From Macrostomum lignano (Eukaryota): a stretch of 64,000 bases of DNA. The notes under the pieces are model-generated. The model was not told the DNA's origin, did not search any database, and worked only from the letters and a program-made list of their open reading frames with translations. Below, piece after piece: positions 24,185-37,110 of the stretch; within the stretch, counting starts at the first letter, position 1; the number at the start of each line of letters is the position of its first letter. The stretch lies in the NCBI GenBank assembly GCA_002269645.1, contig NIVC01001925.1, forward strand, positions 62,001 through 126,000. The letters are read 5' to 3'. A program made the position numbers and the translations under genes.

Positions 24185-26800
24185 CAGCCATCTCATCAAA
24201 ATGCTCTCTTATCTGATGCGGCCATCTCATGAAAATGCTCTCTTATCTGATGCGGCCATCTCATCAAAATGCTCTCTCTTATCTGATGCGGCCATCTCAG
24301 CAAAATGCTCTCTTATCTGATGCGGCCATCACATCAAAATGCTCTCTCTTATCTGATGCGGCCATCACATCAAAATGCTCTCTCTTATCTGATGCAGCCA
24401 TCACATCAAAATGCTCTCTTATCTGATGCGGCCATCTCATGAAAATGCTCTCTCTTATCTGATGCGGCCGTCACATCAAAATGCTCTCTTATCTGATGCG
24501 GCCATCTCATGAAAATGCTCTCTTATCTGATGCGGCCATCTCATCAAAATGCTCTCTCTTATCTGATGCGGCCATCTCATCAAAATGCTCTCTCTTATCT
24601 GATGCGGCCATCTCATGAAAATGCTCTCTCTTATCTGATGCGGCCGTCACATCAAAATGCTCTCTTATCTGATGCGGCCATCTCATGAAAATGCTCTCTT
24701 ATCTGATGCGGCCATCTCATCAAAATGCTCTCTCTTATCTGATGCGGCCATCTCATCAAAATGCTCTCTCTTATCTGATGCGGCCATCACATCAAAATGC
24801 TCTCTTATCTGATGCGGCCATCTCATGAAAATGCTCTCTTATCTGATGCGGCCATCTCATCAAAATGCTCTCTCTTATCTGATGCGGCCATCTCATGAAA
24901 ATGCTCTCTTATCTGATGCGGCCATCTCATCAAAATGCTCTCTCTTATCTGATGCGGCCATCTCATCAAAATGCTCTCTCTTATCTGATGCGGCCATCAC
25001 ATCAAAATGCTCTCTTATCTGATGCGGCCATCTCATGAAAATGCTCTCTTATCTGATGCGGCCATCTCATGAAAATGCTCTCTTATCTGATGCGGCCATC
25101 TCAGCAAAATGCTCTCTTATCTGATGCGGCCATCTCAGCAAAATGCTCTCTCTTATCTGATGCGGCCATCACATCAAAATGCTCTCTCTTATCTGATGCG
25201 GCCATCACATCAAAATGCTCTCTTATCTGATGCAGCCATCACATCAAACTGCTCTCTCTTATCTGATGCGGCCATCACATCAAAATGCTCTCTCTTATCT
25301 GATGCAGCCATCACATCAAAATGCTCTCTTATCTGATGCGGCCATCTCATGAAAATGCTCTCTCTTATCTGATGCGGCCGTCACATCAAAATGCTCTCTT
25401 ATCTGATGCGGCCATCTCATGAAAATGCTCTCTTATCTGATGCGGCCATCTCATGAAAATGCTCTCTCTTATCTGATGCGGCCATCACATCAAAATGCTC
25501 TCTCTTATCTGATGCAGCCATCACATCAAAATGCTCTCTTATCTGATGCAGCCATCACATCAAACTGCTCTCTCTTATCTGATGCGGCCATCACATCAAA
25601 ATGCTCTCTCTTATCTGATGCAGCCATCACATCAAAATGCTCTCTTATCTGATGCAGCCATCACATCAAACTGCTCTCTCTTATCTGATGCGGCCATCAC
25701 ATCAAAATGCTCTCTTATCTGATGCGGCCATCTCAGAAAATGCTCTCTCTTATCTGATGCGGCCATCTCATCAAACTGCTCTCTCTTATCTGATGCGGCC
25801 ATCTCATCAAACTGCTCTCTCTTATCTGATGCGGCCATCTCATCAAAATGCTCTCTCTTATCTGATGCGGCCATCACATCAAAATGCTCTCTTATCTGAT
25901 GCGGCCATCTCATGAAAATGCTCTCTTATCTGATGCGGCCATCTCATCAAAATGCTCTCTCTTATCTGATGCGGCCATCTCATGAAAATGCTCTCTTATC
26001 TGATGCGGCCATCTCATCAAAATGCTCTCTCTTATCTGATGCGGCCATCTCATCAAAATGCTCTCTCTTATCTGATGCGGCCATCACATCAAAATGCTTT
26101 CTTATCTGATGCGGCCATCTCATGAAAATGCTCTCTTATCTGATGCGGCCATCTCATGAAAATGCTCTCTTATCTGATGCGGCCATCTCAGCAAAATGCT
26201 CTCTTATCTGATGCGGCCATCTCAGCAAAATGCTCTCTCTTATCTGATGCGGCCATCACATCAAAATGCTCTCTCTTATCTGATGCGGCCATCACATCAA
26301 AATGCTCTTTCTTATCTGATGCGGCCATCTCATCAAACTGCTCTCTCTTATCTGATGCGGCCATCTCATCAAAATGCTCTCTCTTATCTGATGCGGCCAT
26401 CACATCAAAATGCTCTCTTATCTGATGCGGCCATCTCATCAAAATGCTCTCTCTTATCTGATGCGGCCATCTCATCAAACTGCTCTCTTATCTGATGCGG
26501 CCATCACATCAAAATGCTCTCTCTTATCTGATGCGGCCATCACATCAAAATGCTCTCTCTTATCTGATGCGGCCATCTCATCAAACTGCTCTCTCTTATC
26601 TGATGCGGCCATCTCATCAAAATGCTCTCTCTTATCTGATGCGGCCATCTCATCAAACTGCTCTCTCTTATCTGATGCGGCCATCTCATCAAAATACTCT
26701 CTCTTATCTGATGCGGCCATCTCATCAAAATGCTCTCTTATCTGATGCGACCATCTCATCAAACTGCTCTCTTATCTGATGCGGCCATCTCATCAAAACA
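24185..26800. repeat. 34/36 bp minisatellite CTCTTATCTGATGCGGCCATCTCATCAAAATGCT(CT)
   Basis: About 75 copies, ending ~30 nt before the terminal exon acceptor. Confidence 0.97.
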
Positions 26801-26831
26801 TGCTCTGACACCGCCGCCCTCCCCAATCCAG

Positions 26832-27785
26832 TTCTCAATCACAGAGACTGTGCTCTGCGCCTTCCAAGACGAGCTCCGCGCAATGGGCGTAATGGGCGCG
26901 TCAAAGAAGCACGCGGTGATCTACAGAGTGATCGTGTGCAGTTTTCTGTTTCTGCTCGGCCTGACCATGTGCTTCGGCGGCGGCATGTACCTGTTGAACC
27001 TGGTGGACAATGCGGTTTCAACCTTCCCACTGCTGGTGTGCTGTATAGTTGAGCTAGTAGTGCTGATGTACATCTATCCATACAAGCAGCTGGCGGAGGA
27101 CATCCGCCTCATGGTGGGTGGCAAGCCCAACATCTACTGGCGCGCCACCTGGGTGGTGATCACCCCGCTGGTCATGGTGATCCTCATCATCCTCATGGCC
27201 GTCTTCAACGAGCCGATCACGTACGGCACCTACAAGTACAGCCCGCCGTTCCAGCTTCTCTGCGTCCTCATCGGCCTGTTCATCATCGCCTGGATCCCGG
27301 CCCTCGCCATCTATCGCTACTGCCGCGAGGGCGGCTGGATCCTGCTGCGCGAGTTCCTCAAGCCCGTGGAGGACTGGGGCCCCGCCAAGCCCAAGCACCG
27401 CAGCCAGTTCCTGGACAAGCTGGCCCAGGAATCAACTGAGGGCCCGGCCGCCTTCTTCCAGTCTAAGCTCAGCATCGCCGCGGAGATGCAGCGAGCCGCC
27501 AGCAAGGAGTCGGGCTTGAACCGCATCCGAACCAACACTGGCTCCTTCTCTGCGCTGCAGCACATCGACTCGCAGCTGATCTCGTCGGCTGCCAACCTCG
27601 CTCACGAGCAGCAGTGCCTGCAGCAGTGCCAGCAGCAGCCTCCGCAGCAGCAGCAACAGCAGCTGCCTTTTGCCGCTTTTTCAATCGGCGAACCTCTGCC
27701 TGAGGATAAGGAGTCTGCCTCCTCCATCACCGGCTCCTCAGCTCCTCAATCGCCTGGTAAGGCCGCTGCCCAGACTGAAGTCTGA
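26832..27785 (+). CDS. SLC6 transporter terminal exon (TM9-12 and a long Gln-rich C-tail)
   Basis: FSITETVLCAFQDE...GGMYLLNLVD...YWRATWVVITP...WGP; stop TGA at 27785. Confidence 0.95.
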   Translation, partial: FSITETVLCAFQDELRAMGVMGASKKHAVIYRVIVCSFLFLLGLTMCFGGGMYLLNLVDNAVSTFPLLVCCIVELVVLMYIYPYKQLAEDIRLMVGGKPNIYWRATWVVITPLVMVILIILMAVFNEPITYGTYKYSPPFQLLCVLIGLFIIAWIPALAIYRYCREGGWILLREFLKPVEDWGPAKPKHRSQFLDKLAQESTEGPAAFFQSKLSIAAEMQRAASKESGLNRIRTNTGSFSALQHIDSQLISSAANLAHEQQCLQQCQQQPPQQQQQQLPFAAFSIGEPLPEDKESASSITGSSAPQSPGKAAAQTEV

Positions 27786-27974
27786 CTGCCGGCACCTGCC
27801 GATCAATCGAGGTGGCTGACCGCATCGCGCGATCCTGGCTCTTGACAATAATTTCTGCAACCATTATAGCTGGGGACTCGATTTTATAGTTTTAGATAAG
27901 TTTGATTGATCAAACTGGCAAGAGGGGTTCCGCCTTCACGACAAATTATTTTTGCTGTGTTACAAGTACTTAAT

Positions 27975-28011
27975 TAGTCAGTGAGTCAGTCAGTCAGTCA
28001 GTCAGTCAGTC

Positions 28012-28042
<31 letters not shown>

Positions 28043-28145
28043 CAGTTAGTTAGTTAGTTCGTCAGTTAGTTAGTCAGTTAGTTAGTTAAATAGTTAGCGA
28101 GTTAGTGAGCCAGTTAGTTAGTTAGTTAATTTGTTAGCCAGTTAG
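27975..28145. repeat. (AGTC)n/(AGTT)n tetranucleotide microsatellite
   Basis: Direct inspection. Confidence 0.9.
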
Positions 28146-28954
28146 TGAGTTTTTCCCACATTACAATACAAGCAAAGTGATTTCAGCTCAAAAAGGAAGC
28201 TTAATGAATTAAAAAAAATATTGCGTGGGCGGAATTGCGAAGTCGTTAATTTTGTTTTTACTGTTTTTTTCTCGGCTTGAAATTCTGCAATACATTTAAT
28301 TGCTTGACTTGTCTGTTATTTTTCACCGTTACGCCCTACTACTGCTTTGTTTTAAGTGTTAGTAGTTTAGGGCGATTTTTTGCATGTTTTTTTTTTATTT
28401 TATTTTGCACAGCTTGATTTTTCGGCATAAAGACCGCCACTCACCAAGAACTGCTCACGAAAACCAATTCGGTTTTGTTCTTCACTCACTCCGTTTCTGT
28501 TTGCTTGTGACTTGAAAGAGTTCAACTTATTCCCATGAATATGTACTTGATGACCCTAATACGTTTCGTGTTTAGCTAGCACTGGCTGTCTGGGGCCAAA
28601 TGCCTTAACAATATTCATGATGATACATTAGTAGTTGGTAGTTGGCCTCAGAAAATGAAATTTGAAATTTTTACCAGACAGGCTCGCGCACCGCAGCGTG
28701 GCCCATTGGGAGTGTCCAGCGACCGTTACATCCAGACAAGCCCTTCGGGACATTCAACGAATTCTAGTGCCTAATAGTCCAGTTGAATGTCTCGGGGCGT
28801 CGCGCTTGTCTGTTTGACCTCCCTGCCGCTCCCGTGGGTCCGTCTGGGTGTTGCTAGCGACTGCCGGCTCAGCGCGATGCACTTTTAGCAACTTAGTTAG
28901 AGTAGCCTTTTGTTGTGCTACTGATTCTGTGAGTTTTCGGCTGTCGTCCCAACT

Positions 28955-30295
28955 AATCCCTACCAGGTGTCTCTCTAATCCCTGCCAGGTGTCTCTAATC
29001 CCTGCCAGGTGTCTCTCTAATCCCTGCCAGGTGTCTCTCTAATCCCTGCCAGGTGTCTCTCTGATCCCTGCCAGGTGTCTCTCTAATCCCTGCCAGGTGT
29101 CTCTCTAATCCCTGCCAGGTGTCTCTAATCCCTGCCAGGTGTCTCTCTAATCCCTGCCAGGTGTCTCTCTAATCCCTGCCAGGTGTCTCTCTGATCCCTG
29201 CCAGGTGTCTCTCTAATCCCTGCCAGGTGTCTCTCTAATCCCTGCCAGGTGTCTCTAATCCCTGCCAGGTGTCTCTCTAATCCCTGCCAGGTGTCTCTCT
29301 GATCCCTGCCAGGTGTCTCTCTGATCCCTGCCAGGTGTCTCTAATCCCTGCCAGGTGTCTCTCTGATCCCTGCCAGGTGTCTCTCTAATCCCTGCCAGGT
29401 GTCTCTCTAATCCCTGCCAGGTGTCTCTCTAATCCCATCCAGATGTCTCTCTAATCCACTCCATATGTCTCACTAATCCCCTCCAGATGTCTCTCTAATC
29501 CCCTCCAGATGTCTCTCTAATCCCCTCCAGATGTCTCTGATCCCCTCCAGATGTCTCTCTAATCCCCTCCAGATGTCTCTCTAATCCCCTCCAGATGTCT
29601 CTGATCCCCTCCAGATGTCTCTCTAATCCCCTCCAGGTGTCTCTCTAATCCCCTCCAGGTGTCTCTCTAATCCCTGCCAGGTGTCTCTAATCCCCTCCAG
29701 ATGTCTCTCTAATCCCCTCCAGATGTCTCTGATCCCCTCCAGATGTCTCTCTAATCCCCTCCAGATGTCTCACTAATCCCCTCCAGATGTCTTTCTAATC
29801 CCCTCCAGATGTCTCTCTAATCCCCTCCAGATGTCTCTCTAATCCCCTCCAGATGTCTCTGATCCCCTCCAGATGTCTCTCTAATCCCCTCCAGATGTCT
29901 CTCTAATCCCCTCCAGATGTCTCTGATCCCCTCCAGATGTCTCTCTAATCCCCTCCAGGTGTCTCTCTAATCCCCTCCAGGTGTCTCTCTAATCCCTGCC
30001 AGGTGTCTCTAATCCCCTTCAGATGTCTCTCTAATCCCCTCCAGATGTCTCTGATCCCCTCCAGATGTCTCTCTAATCCCCTCCAGATGTCTCACTAATC
30101 CCCTCCAGATGTCTTTCTAATCCCCTCCAGGTGTCTCTCTAATCCCCTCCAGGTGTCTCTCTAATCCCTGCCAGGTGTCTCTAATCCCCTCCAGGTGTCT
30201 CTCTAATCCCTGCCAGGTGTCTCTAATCCCCTCCAGGTGTCTCTGTAATACCCTTCAGATGTCTCAGTAATCCCCTCCAGATGTCCAGTTATTCT
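28955..30295. repeat. 20/22 bp minisatellite CTAATCCCTGCCAGGTGTCTCT grading into CTAATCCCCTCCAGATGTCTCT
   Basis: About 60 copies, intergenic. Confidence 0.95.
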
Positions 30296-30689
30296 CAGAA
30301 CTCATTCCATTTGACTTGTATGCTCTCTCCCAAAATCCCTCCCAAATTCAGCTCTCGCTTTTGTCCTCATCACACAGGCAATTTTATTTATTCTTTTGTT
30401 AATCGTTCGGAGCAGCTGAAAGTTCTGCGCCTTTAAGCCTGATTTGTTTCTGTGTGGTTAATCTGTTCGTATTTTCTGTTTTTAACTACGCAGTGCAATT
30501 AGCAGTAGCTTTAATAAGAGTACCAACTACAAATACAAACTGCAGTTTTATGGATTGAAGTGAAAGTCAAATGCAACTTGGGCGCTAGCCGTTACGCTGC
30601 CAGGATTTTTGTAGAAGCAAGAAGTTAAACCTTTGATTTCTTTGATTGACTCAGTTTATACATTTTAGCTGCACCGTACACTCTAGGCG

Positions 30690-31305
30690 GTGGCCTAGAA
30701 ACTGAGGGTCTGGGAGGCTGGCCCAGCAACTGAGGATCTGGGAGGCTGGCCCAGCAACTGAGGATCTGGGAGGCTGGCCCAGAAACTGAGGGTCTGGGAG
30801 GCTGGCCCAGAAACTGAGGGTCTGGGAGGCTGGCCCAGAAACTAAGGGTCTGGGAGGCTGGCCCAGAAACTGAGGGTCTGGGAGGCTGGCCCAGAAACTG
30901 AGGGTCTGGGAGGCTGGCCCAGAAACTGAGGGTCTGGGAGGCTGGCCCAGAAACTGAGGGTCTGGGAGGCTGGCCCAGAAACTGAGGGTCTGGGAGGCTG
31001 GCCCAGAAACTGAGGGTCTGGGAGGCTGGCCCAGAAACTGAGGGTCTGGGAGGCTGGCCCAGAAACTGAGGGTCTGGGAGGCTGGCCCAGAAACTGAGGG
31101 TCTGGGAGGCTGGCCCAGAAACTGAGGGTCTGGGAGGCTGGCCCAGAAACTGAGGGTCTGGGAGGCTGGCCCAGAAACTGAGGGTCTGGGAGGCTGGCCC
31201 AGCATGCAACTGAGGATCTGGGAGACCGACCCAGCAACTGCGGTTCTGGGAGGCTGGCCCAGCAACTGCGGTTCTGGGAGGCTGGCTCAGTAACTGAGGA
31301 TCTGG
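30690..31305. repeat. 28 bp minisatellite CTGGGAGGCTGGCCCAGAAACTGAGGGT
   Basis: About 21 copies; same family as 60095-61915. Confidence 0.95.
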
Positions 31306-31429
31306 GGCGGCAGCTCGCCCGCTGAGTGTGTGTGTGTGTGTGCTATTGCCGGAGGACCTGGGCGGGGCTGGAACTCGGATGAACGTCAACGAAGGCTATG
31401 ATTAACTGAGGCTGAGCTCTGAGAGCAGC

Positions 31430-33200
31430 TGAGGTTAGCGTGATCGAAAACAAGGAAAAGCTCTATTGCTTAAGCAGGATGGCGAGACCGCTACGGACTT
31501 CGTGGTCTTCAAAGCTTCAGTGCCAGCTGCAAGTTCGACGCGTTTCTGAATGAAGCTCTTTGCGATGCTTTGCGAAGTGAAGGACATCTCAGAGTTGCTT
31601 GTAAATCTACCGTGGTTCGGAATCACCACCAAGCATCAGTCGATTTAATTAACAACAAGCCTGCGGTCAAGGACGAACGCAGTGTTCTAGCATATTGCTT
31701 AGGTCAGGTCAAACTGCAAAGCTTTCGATTACTTGCTGTGTCAGGCAACGGGTCCAACTTACTTGGATGCTTGAAGCTAGATTTCTAACTCTTATACTAC
31801 TCAAGCATTTCTGCAGCTAGAACTGGACGAAGACTCCAAGCAGTACTCCAGGATCGATGAAGAGCTAGGGAATCCACCCAGCTGAGGACAAGATCCGAAC
31901 ATCCATGAGGCTCCCCACATACGAAATATGTCTGATCTGAGAGCTGCTCGTGTGTGCTTTTACTGATACCAATAAAAGTGCTCCGTCACAGCCTGCGACT
32001 TGAGCACAGCCGAAAGGAATGCCCATTGACTTGTTTCTTGGTCCAGCTGCTACCAAAGCAACAACTTCGATTCCAGTTTCATCATGGCTCGCCTTGAGAC
32101 AGTATTCGATCACACGAACCCCAGTTGTTCGTGTCCGGTAAATGGGATAAAATGCGATCAGCTGCTTCCGGTTTGCTGCAACACCTCGCAGCACAGCAAC
32201 AACTGCTGAATCAATGGCGTCAGTCTTGTCGTTTGCCATGTTGACGTTGTAGAATCGAATCCAGCGATGATATCCTTGTTCTGATTGTATTAAAATGCAC
32301 GCGCGAGACTCGATGCCCTCAAAGCAGAGAGTTGCAAGACGACTGAGGCGCTTCTGATGACGAGTCTTTTGCGGTAAGAGCGTTGAGCGTTGCGTTGCAT
32401 GGAGGCCTGAAGCCGCGAAGCATTTCCGTGTACTCATTTTTTGTATCGTTTGTAGGTGTTGCATCCAACATATTCTGGAGTGCATCGCTGCACGCAAAAA
32501 ATGGTTGCCGTGTGGTCGATAAATGCTGCTGCTATAGCAAGAGAATACTAGAGAAGCGCTGCATATAAGAGCGAGGCTGCTGCTGAGGGGATTGAAGAAT
32601 CTGCCGCAGGCAGACAGAGCCCGGCCATAGACATCCGGCGAAGTGGCTTCATTCATGCAGAAAGGGGGTGGCCCATCTATAGTGTACACTGTATCTGTGG
32701 GCAGAGCACCATAGCCATGCATAAATAGTCATAAATGCTCGGATCTTTTATCACTTCGTCTAATCATTCTAAGCCATCTCTATTTGACAGTAGAACTACC
32801 AAGGGGGACTCCCTCCGTGAGATTTTTCTAAGTCGCCAGCCCTCCGGACCGTCGAGATATTCAACGATTCTGTCAGAAGGTCGGATTTTTCCCATTAGCG
32901 CCAGTGTATTCATTTTAAGCACTGTGTCTCAGTGCAGCCTTGCCAAGTCTCTAAATTTCATCAGCACATTGACCACATGTGTCTGCACCAGTTCTGACTT
33001 CGTTTGGTCACTAGCCTTCACCCAGGTGGAGCTTCTGGGTGTTCAAAAAGTGGCACCAGGTGACTATGGACACCTTGTCGCGAATTTCTCTAATGTCTCT
33101 GATCAAGCCTCGACAGTGAACAAGTCTCAACTGCTGGGCATTCTCCACTAGTCTCTCAAGCATTCGGACATCATCCAGGCGCCGTCGGCACCCTCGATCA
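31430..33200 (-). pseudogene. Decayed intronless coding-like segment of unknown identity (possible transposon or viral origin)
   Basis: Non-repetitive, balanced composition; 285-aa ORF at 31865-32722 plus flanking frames broken by stops and frameshifts; no confident family match. Confidence 0.35.
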
Positions 33201-33684
33201 ATAGATGACACCAGGCAACTGGTAAAATGGGGAAAAACGTTAAATTTTGACCAATTTTTCAAACTGACAAAATGCAGAATGACATGCTTTTGAAACGCAG
33301 CTGGTCACCTTTTCTCCACATAATTTGTAAGTTTGAAAAAGCTAAATTTAAATTTTTTGAATACTTTTAGTTTGCACAGAATCGGTGACTTTACAGAGCA
33401 AGTTCTGGGTCAGTTTGCCTCACAATACTTGCCTGACGTAATGAAAAATAAATAATTGAACCATTTCTGCGCTGCAGTCTACAAATTTCAGCTTTGATTT
33501 GTTAGCAATTGCAAAAACATTGCAAGCTAGTGCACTTGATATTGTAACAACATGCATTGTTGGTTTGCAGTATAGTTAAGGTCTAGGCTAATCTAATTTC
33601 TACAGCAGGAACTTTACAACAGAAATAAAACACATTTCTATAACTGCTTTAATACACTTTAACTTCAACTGATTCTCCAGAACT

Positions 33685-33885
33685 GTCACTAATCCCCTCA
33701 AACTGTCACTAATCCCCTTACACTGTCACTAATCCCCTTACACGGTCACTAATCCCCTCACAATGTTACTAATCCCTTCAAACTGTCACGAATCCCCTCA
33801 AACTGTCACTAATACCCTCACACTGTCACTAATCCCCTCAAACTCTACCTAAGCTCCTCAAACTGTCACTAATCCCCTCAAACTG
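33685..33885. repeat. 20 bp tandem repeat CTGTCACTAATCCCCTCAAA
   Basis: About 9 copies; shares the CTAATCCCCTC core with 28955-30295. Confidence 0.85.
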
Positions 33886-34654
33886 CTCTGGGTAAATGGG
33901 TAACAATAAGAAAGTGGTATAGCATAGGTGTAAAGCAAATCAATTTCAAGCGAGTAAAACTGGTAGAACTTTAATAGTTTCTCAGGAAAAAAGCTAAGCT
34001 AGTCATACTACTGATGACACGAGATCAAGTAACACATTTACTGGTTCTATGAGTAGCAAGCAAGTAACACATTTTTGAGGCAAGTATTAGCAAAAATGAG
34101 TATGTATGTTGAAATAACAAGAAATTGCTGACGAATTGTGTAAAAAATTCGATTCCCTTCAGTTAGCAAATTAAATAGTGAGAACAACAACAGAGAACTG
34201 GTCATACAACAAAATCTAATCAAAAAATGCCTACCGATTTGTTGCAAATAAAAACCAATCGTCCTTTTTTGTCAAAGCTTTTTCCGTCACCAAATACAGA
34301 AAGGCAATCAACACCCCGAACAGCCTACTTATAACAGTAGGGGTGCAAACGCGGCAAAATGAAAATAAGAAATACAGAGAAAAAATTTATAGCTTTTAAA
34401 GCTTAAAGTTGGGTCTTCATTTAAACAGTAAATATTCATAAAAGGGGAATGTCTTTATAGTGAGTGATGAAAAATGTTATTCATGTGCCAACTTAAAACT
34501 GTAATCTACGACTATATAAACATTACTTAATCTGGTAATCAAAGACGATAGTCGACGCTTTAAAACACATTTGCTCGTAAAAAAGTTTAAATTCCGGTAA
34601 ATGATTAGATTTAAAGCAAATTTAATGAGCTGATCTATGACTGATCTTATGAGC

Positions 34655-35870
34655 AGACCATGGGGCTGGTTCTATGAGCAGGTATGGGGCTGCTTCTATG
34701 AGCAGATATGGGGCTGGTTCTATGAGCAGATATGGGGCTGGTTCTATGAGCAGATATGGGGCTGGTTCTATGAGCAGGCATGGGGTTGGTTCTATGAGCA
34801 GGTATGGGGCTGGTTCTATGAGCAGATATGGGGTTGGTTCTATGAGCAGGCATGAGGTTGGTTCTATGAGCAGATATGGGGCTGGTTCTATGAGCAGATA
34901 TGGGGTTGGTTGTATGAGCAGATATGGGGCTGGTTCTATGAGCAGGTATGGGGCTGGTTCTATGAGCAGATATGGGGTTGGTTCTATGAGCAGATATGGG
35001 GCTGGTTCTATGAGCAGGTATGGGGCTGGTTCTATGAGCAGATATGGGGTTGGTTCTATGAGCAGGCATGGGGTTGGTTCTATGAGCAGGCATGGGGTTG
35101 GTTCTATGAGCAGGCATGGGGTTGGTTCTATGAGCAGATATGGGGTTGGTTCTATGAGCAGGCATGGGGTTGGTTCTATGAGCAGATATGGGGTTGGTTC
35201 TATGAGCAGATATGGGGCTGGTTCTATGAGCAGATATGGGGTTGGTTCTATGAGAAGGCATGGGGTTGGTTCTATGAGCAGATATGGGGTTGGTTCTATG
35301 AGCAGGTATGGGGGTGGTTCTATGAGCAGATATGGGGTTGGTTCTATGAGCAGGCATGGGGTTGGTTCTATGAGCAGATATGGGGTTGGTTCTATGAGCA
35401 GATATGGGGTTGGTTCTATGAGCAGGCATGGGGTTGGTTCTATGAGCAGATATGGGGTTGGTTCTATGAGCAGGCATGGGGTTGGTTCTATGAGCAGGCA
35501 TGGGGTTGGTTCTATGAGCAGATATGGGGTTGGTTCTATGAGCAGATATGGGGTTGGTTCTATGAGCAGGCATGGGGTTGGTTCTATGAGCAGGCATGGG
35601 GTTGGTTCTATGAGCAGCATGGGGTTGGTTCTATGAGCAGATATGGGGTTGGTTCTATGAGCAGGCATGGGGTTGGTTCTATGAGCAGGCATGGGGTTGG
35701 TTCTATGAGCAGATATGGGGTTGGTTCTATGAGCAGGCATGGGGTTGGTTCTATGAGCAGATATGGGGTTGGTTCTATGAGCAGGCATGGGGCTGGTTCT
35801 ATGAGCAGATATGGGGTTGGTTCTATGAGCAGGCATGGGGTTGGTTCTATGAGCAGGCATGGGGCTGACT
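34655..35870. repeat. 24 bp minisatellite GGTTCTATGAGCAG(AT/GC)ATGGGG(T/C)T
   Basis: About 50 copies beginning ~70 nt downstream of the CPT1 stop. Confidence 0.97.
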
Positions 35871-35941
35871 CAATTTTAAGGGCCGATCCTACGAGCAGAC
35901 AAAGAAGTTAGAGAAGTGTCACACTGCAAATTCAAGGACCC

Positions 35942-36314
35942 CTAGGCGGCAGTGCTGTGCCCATCGAACAAGGCCTTGACATCCCGAAGCGCCTGGTAGA
36001 TGTGGTCCATGAACCTGGTGGAGTCCGTGTCCGCAGCCGACCGCTTGCTGGACACGTGGAAGAAGATTCTGAAGTCGCCCGCCAGCATGTAGGAGACGCC
36101 GTAGCCCTGGTCGGCCACCGGGCCGAAACCGCCGCCAGGACTGACGCAGTCGCGGAACTCGGGCAGATCGCAGCTGGGAGTGTCCGCCAGCTGCTGCTGC
36201 GGCTGCTGGCTGGTGCTGAGGATCCATGGCAGGGTCAGGGTGGACTTCAGGAACTCCGACTCGTAGCCCAGGCCGCGGCCGATCACGTACAGAGCGAATA
36301 GGTGGCGGTCGCAT
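35942..36314 (-). CDS. CPT1: Carnitine O-palmitoyltransferase 1, exon 9 (terminal)
   Basis: GCDRHLFALYV...WILSTSQ...SPGGGFGPVADQGYGVSY...FHVSSK; stop TAG at 35942. Confidence 0.95.
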
Positions 36315-36319
36315 CTGCG

Positions 36320-37095
36320 GCAGATAAAGGGGGAGATGGCAGATAGATAGGGAGGTGGCAGACAGATGGGGAGATGGCAGATAGATAGGGAGGTGGCAGA
36401 CAGATGGGGAGATGGCAGATAGATAGGGAGGTGGCAGACAGATGGGGAGATGGCAGATAGATAGGGAGGTGGCAGATAGATAGGAAGGTGGCAGATAGAT
36501 AGAGAGGTTGCAGATAGACGGGGAGATGGCAGATAGAAGGGTAGATGGAAGATAGATAGGCAGATGGCAGATAGATAAGGGGATGGCAGATAGATAGGCA
36601 GATGACAGAAAGACGGGGAGATGGCAGATAGATGGGTAGGTTGCAGATAGATGAGGAGATGGCAGATAGATGAGGAGATGGCAGATAGATGAGGAGATAG
36701 CAGATAGATAAGGGGATGGCAGATAGATAGGCAGATGACAGAAAGACGGGGAGATGGCAGATAGATAGGGAGGTTGCAGATAGATGAGGAGATGGCAGAT
36801 AGATAGGGAGATGGCAGATAGATAGGGAGATGGCAGATAGATAGGGAGGTGGCAGATAGATGGGCAGATGGCAGAAAGACGGGGAGGTGGCAGATAGATG
36901 GGTAGGTTGCAGATAGATGAGGAGATGGCAGATAGATGAGGAAATGGCAGATAGATGAGGAGATGGCAGATAGATGAGGAGATGGCAGATAGATGAGGAG
37001 ATGGCAGATAGATAGGGAGATGGCAGATAGATAGGGAGATGGCAGATAGATGAGGAGATGGCAGATAGATGAGGAGATGGCAGATAGACGAGCAG
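36320..37095. repeat. 19 bp minisatellite GGCAGATAGATGAGGAGAT in CPT1 intron 8
   Basis: About 40 copies. Confidence 0.95.
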
Positions 37096-37110
37096 AGTGT
37101 AGGCACGGAC

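Noticed and set aside
32560-33050. Selenocysteine or alternative-code read-through of the TGA stops
   Set aside because: TAG stops and frameshifts also interrupt the region and no SECIS was recognised; ordinary decay (TGG or CGA to TGA) is simpler.
35919-36320. Alternative C-terminus of ORF 35919-37469 (MRPPPIRSV...)
   Set aside because: Wrong frame; the phase-2 splice 37111 to 36314 restores the conserved GCDRHLF motif.
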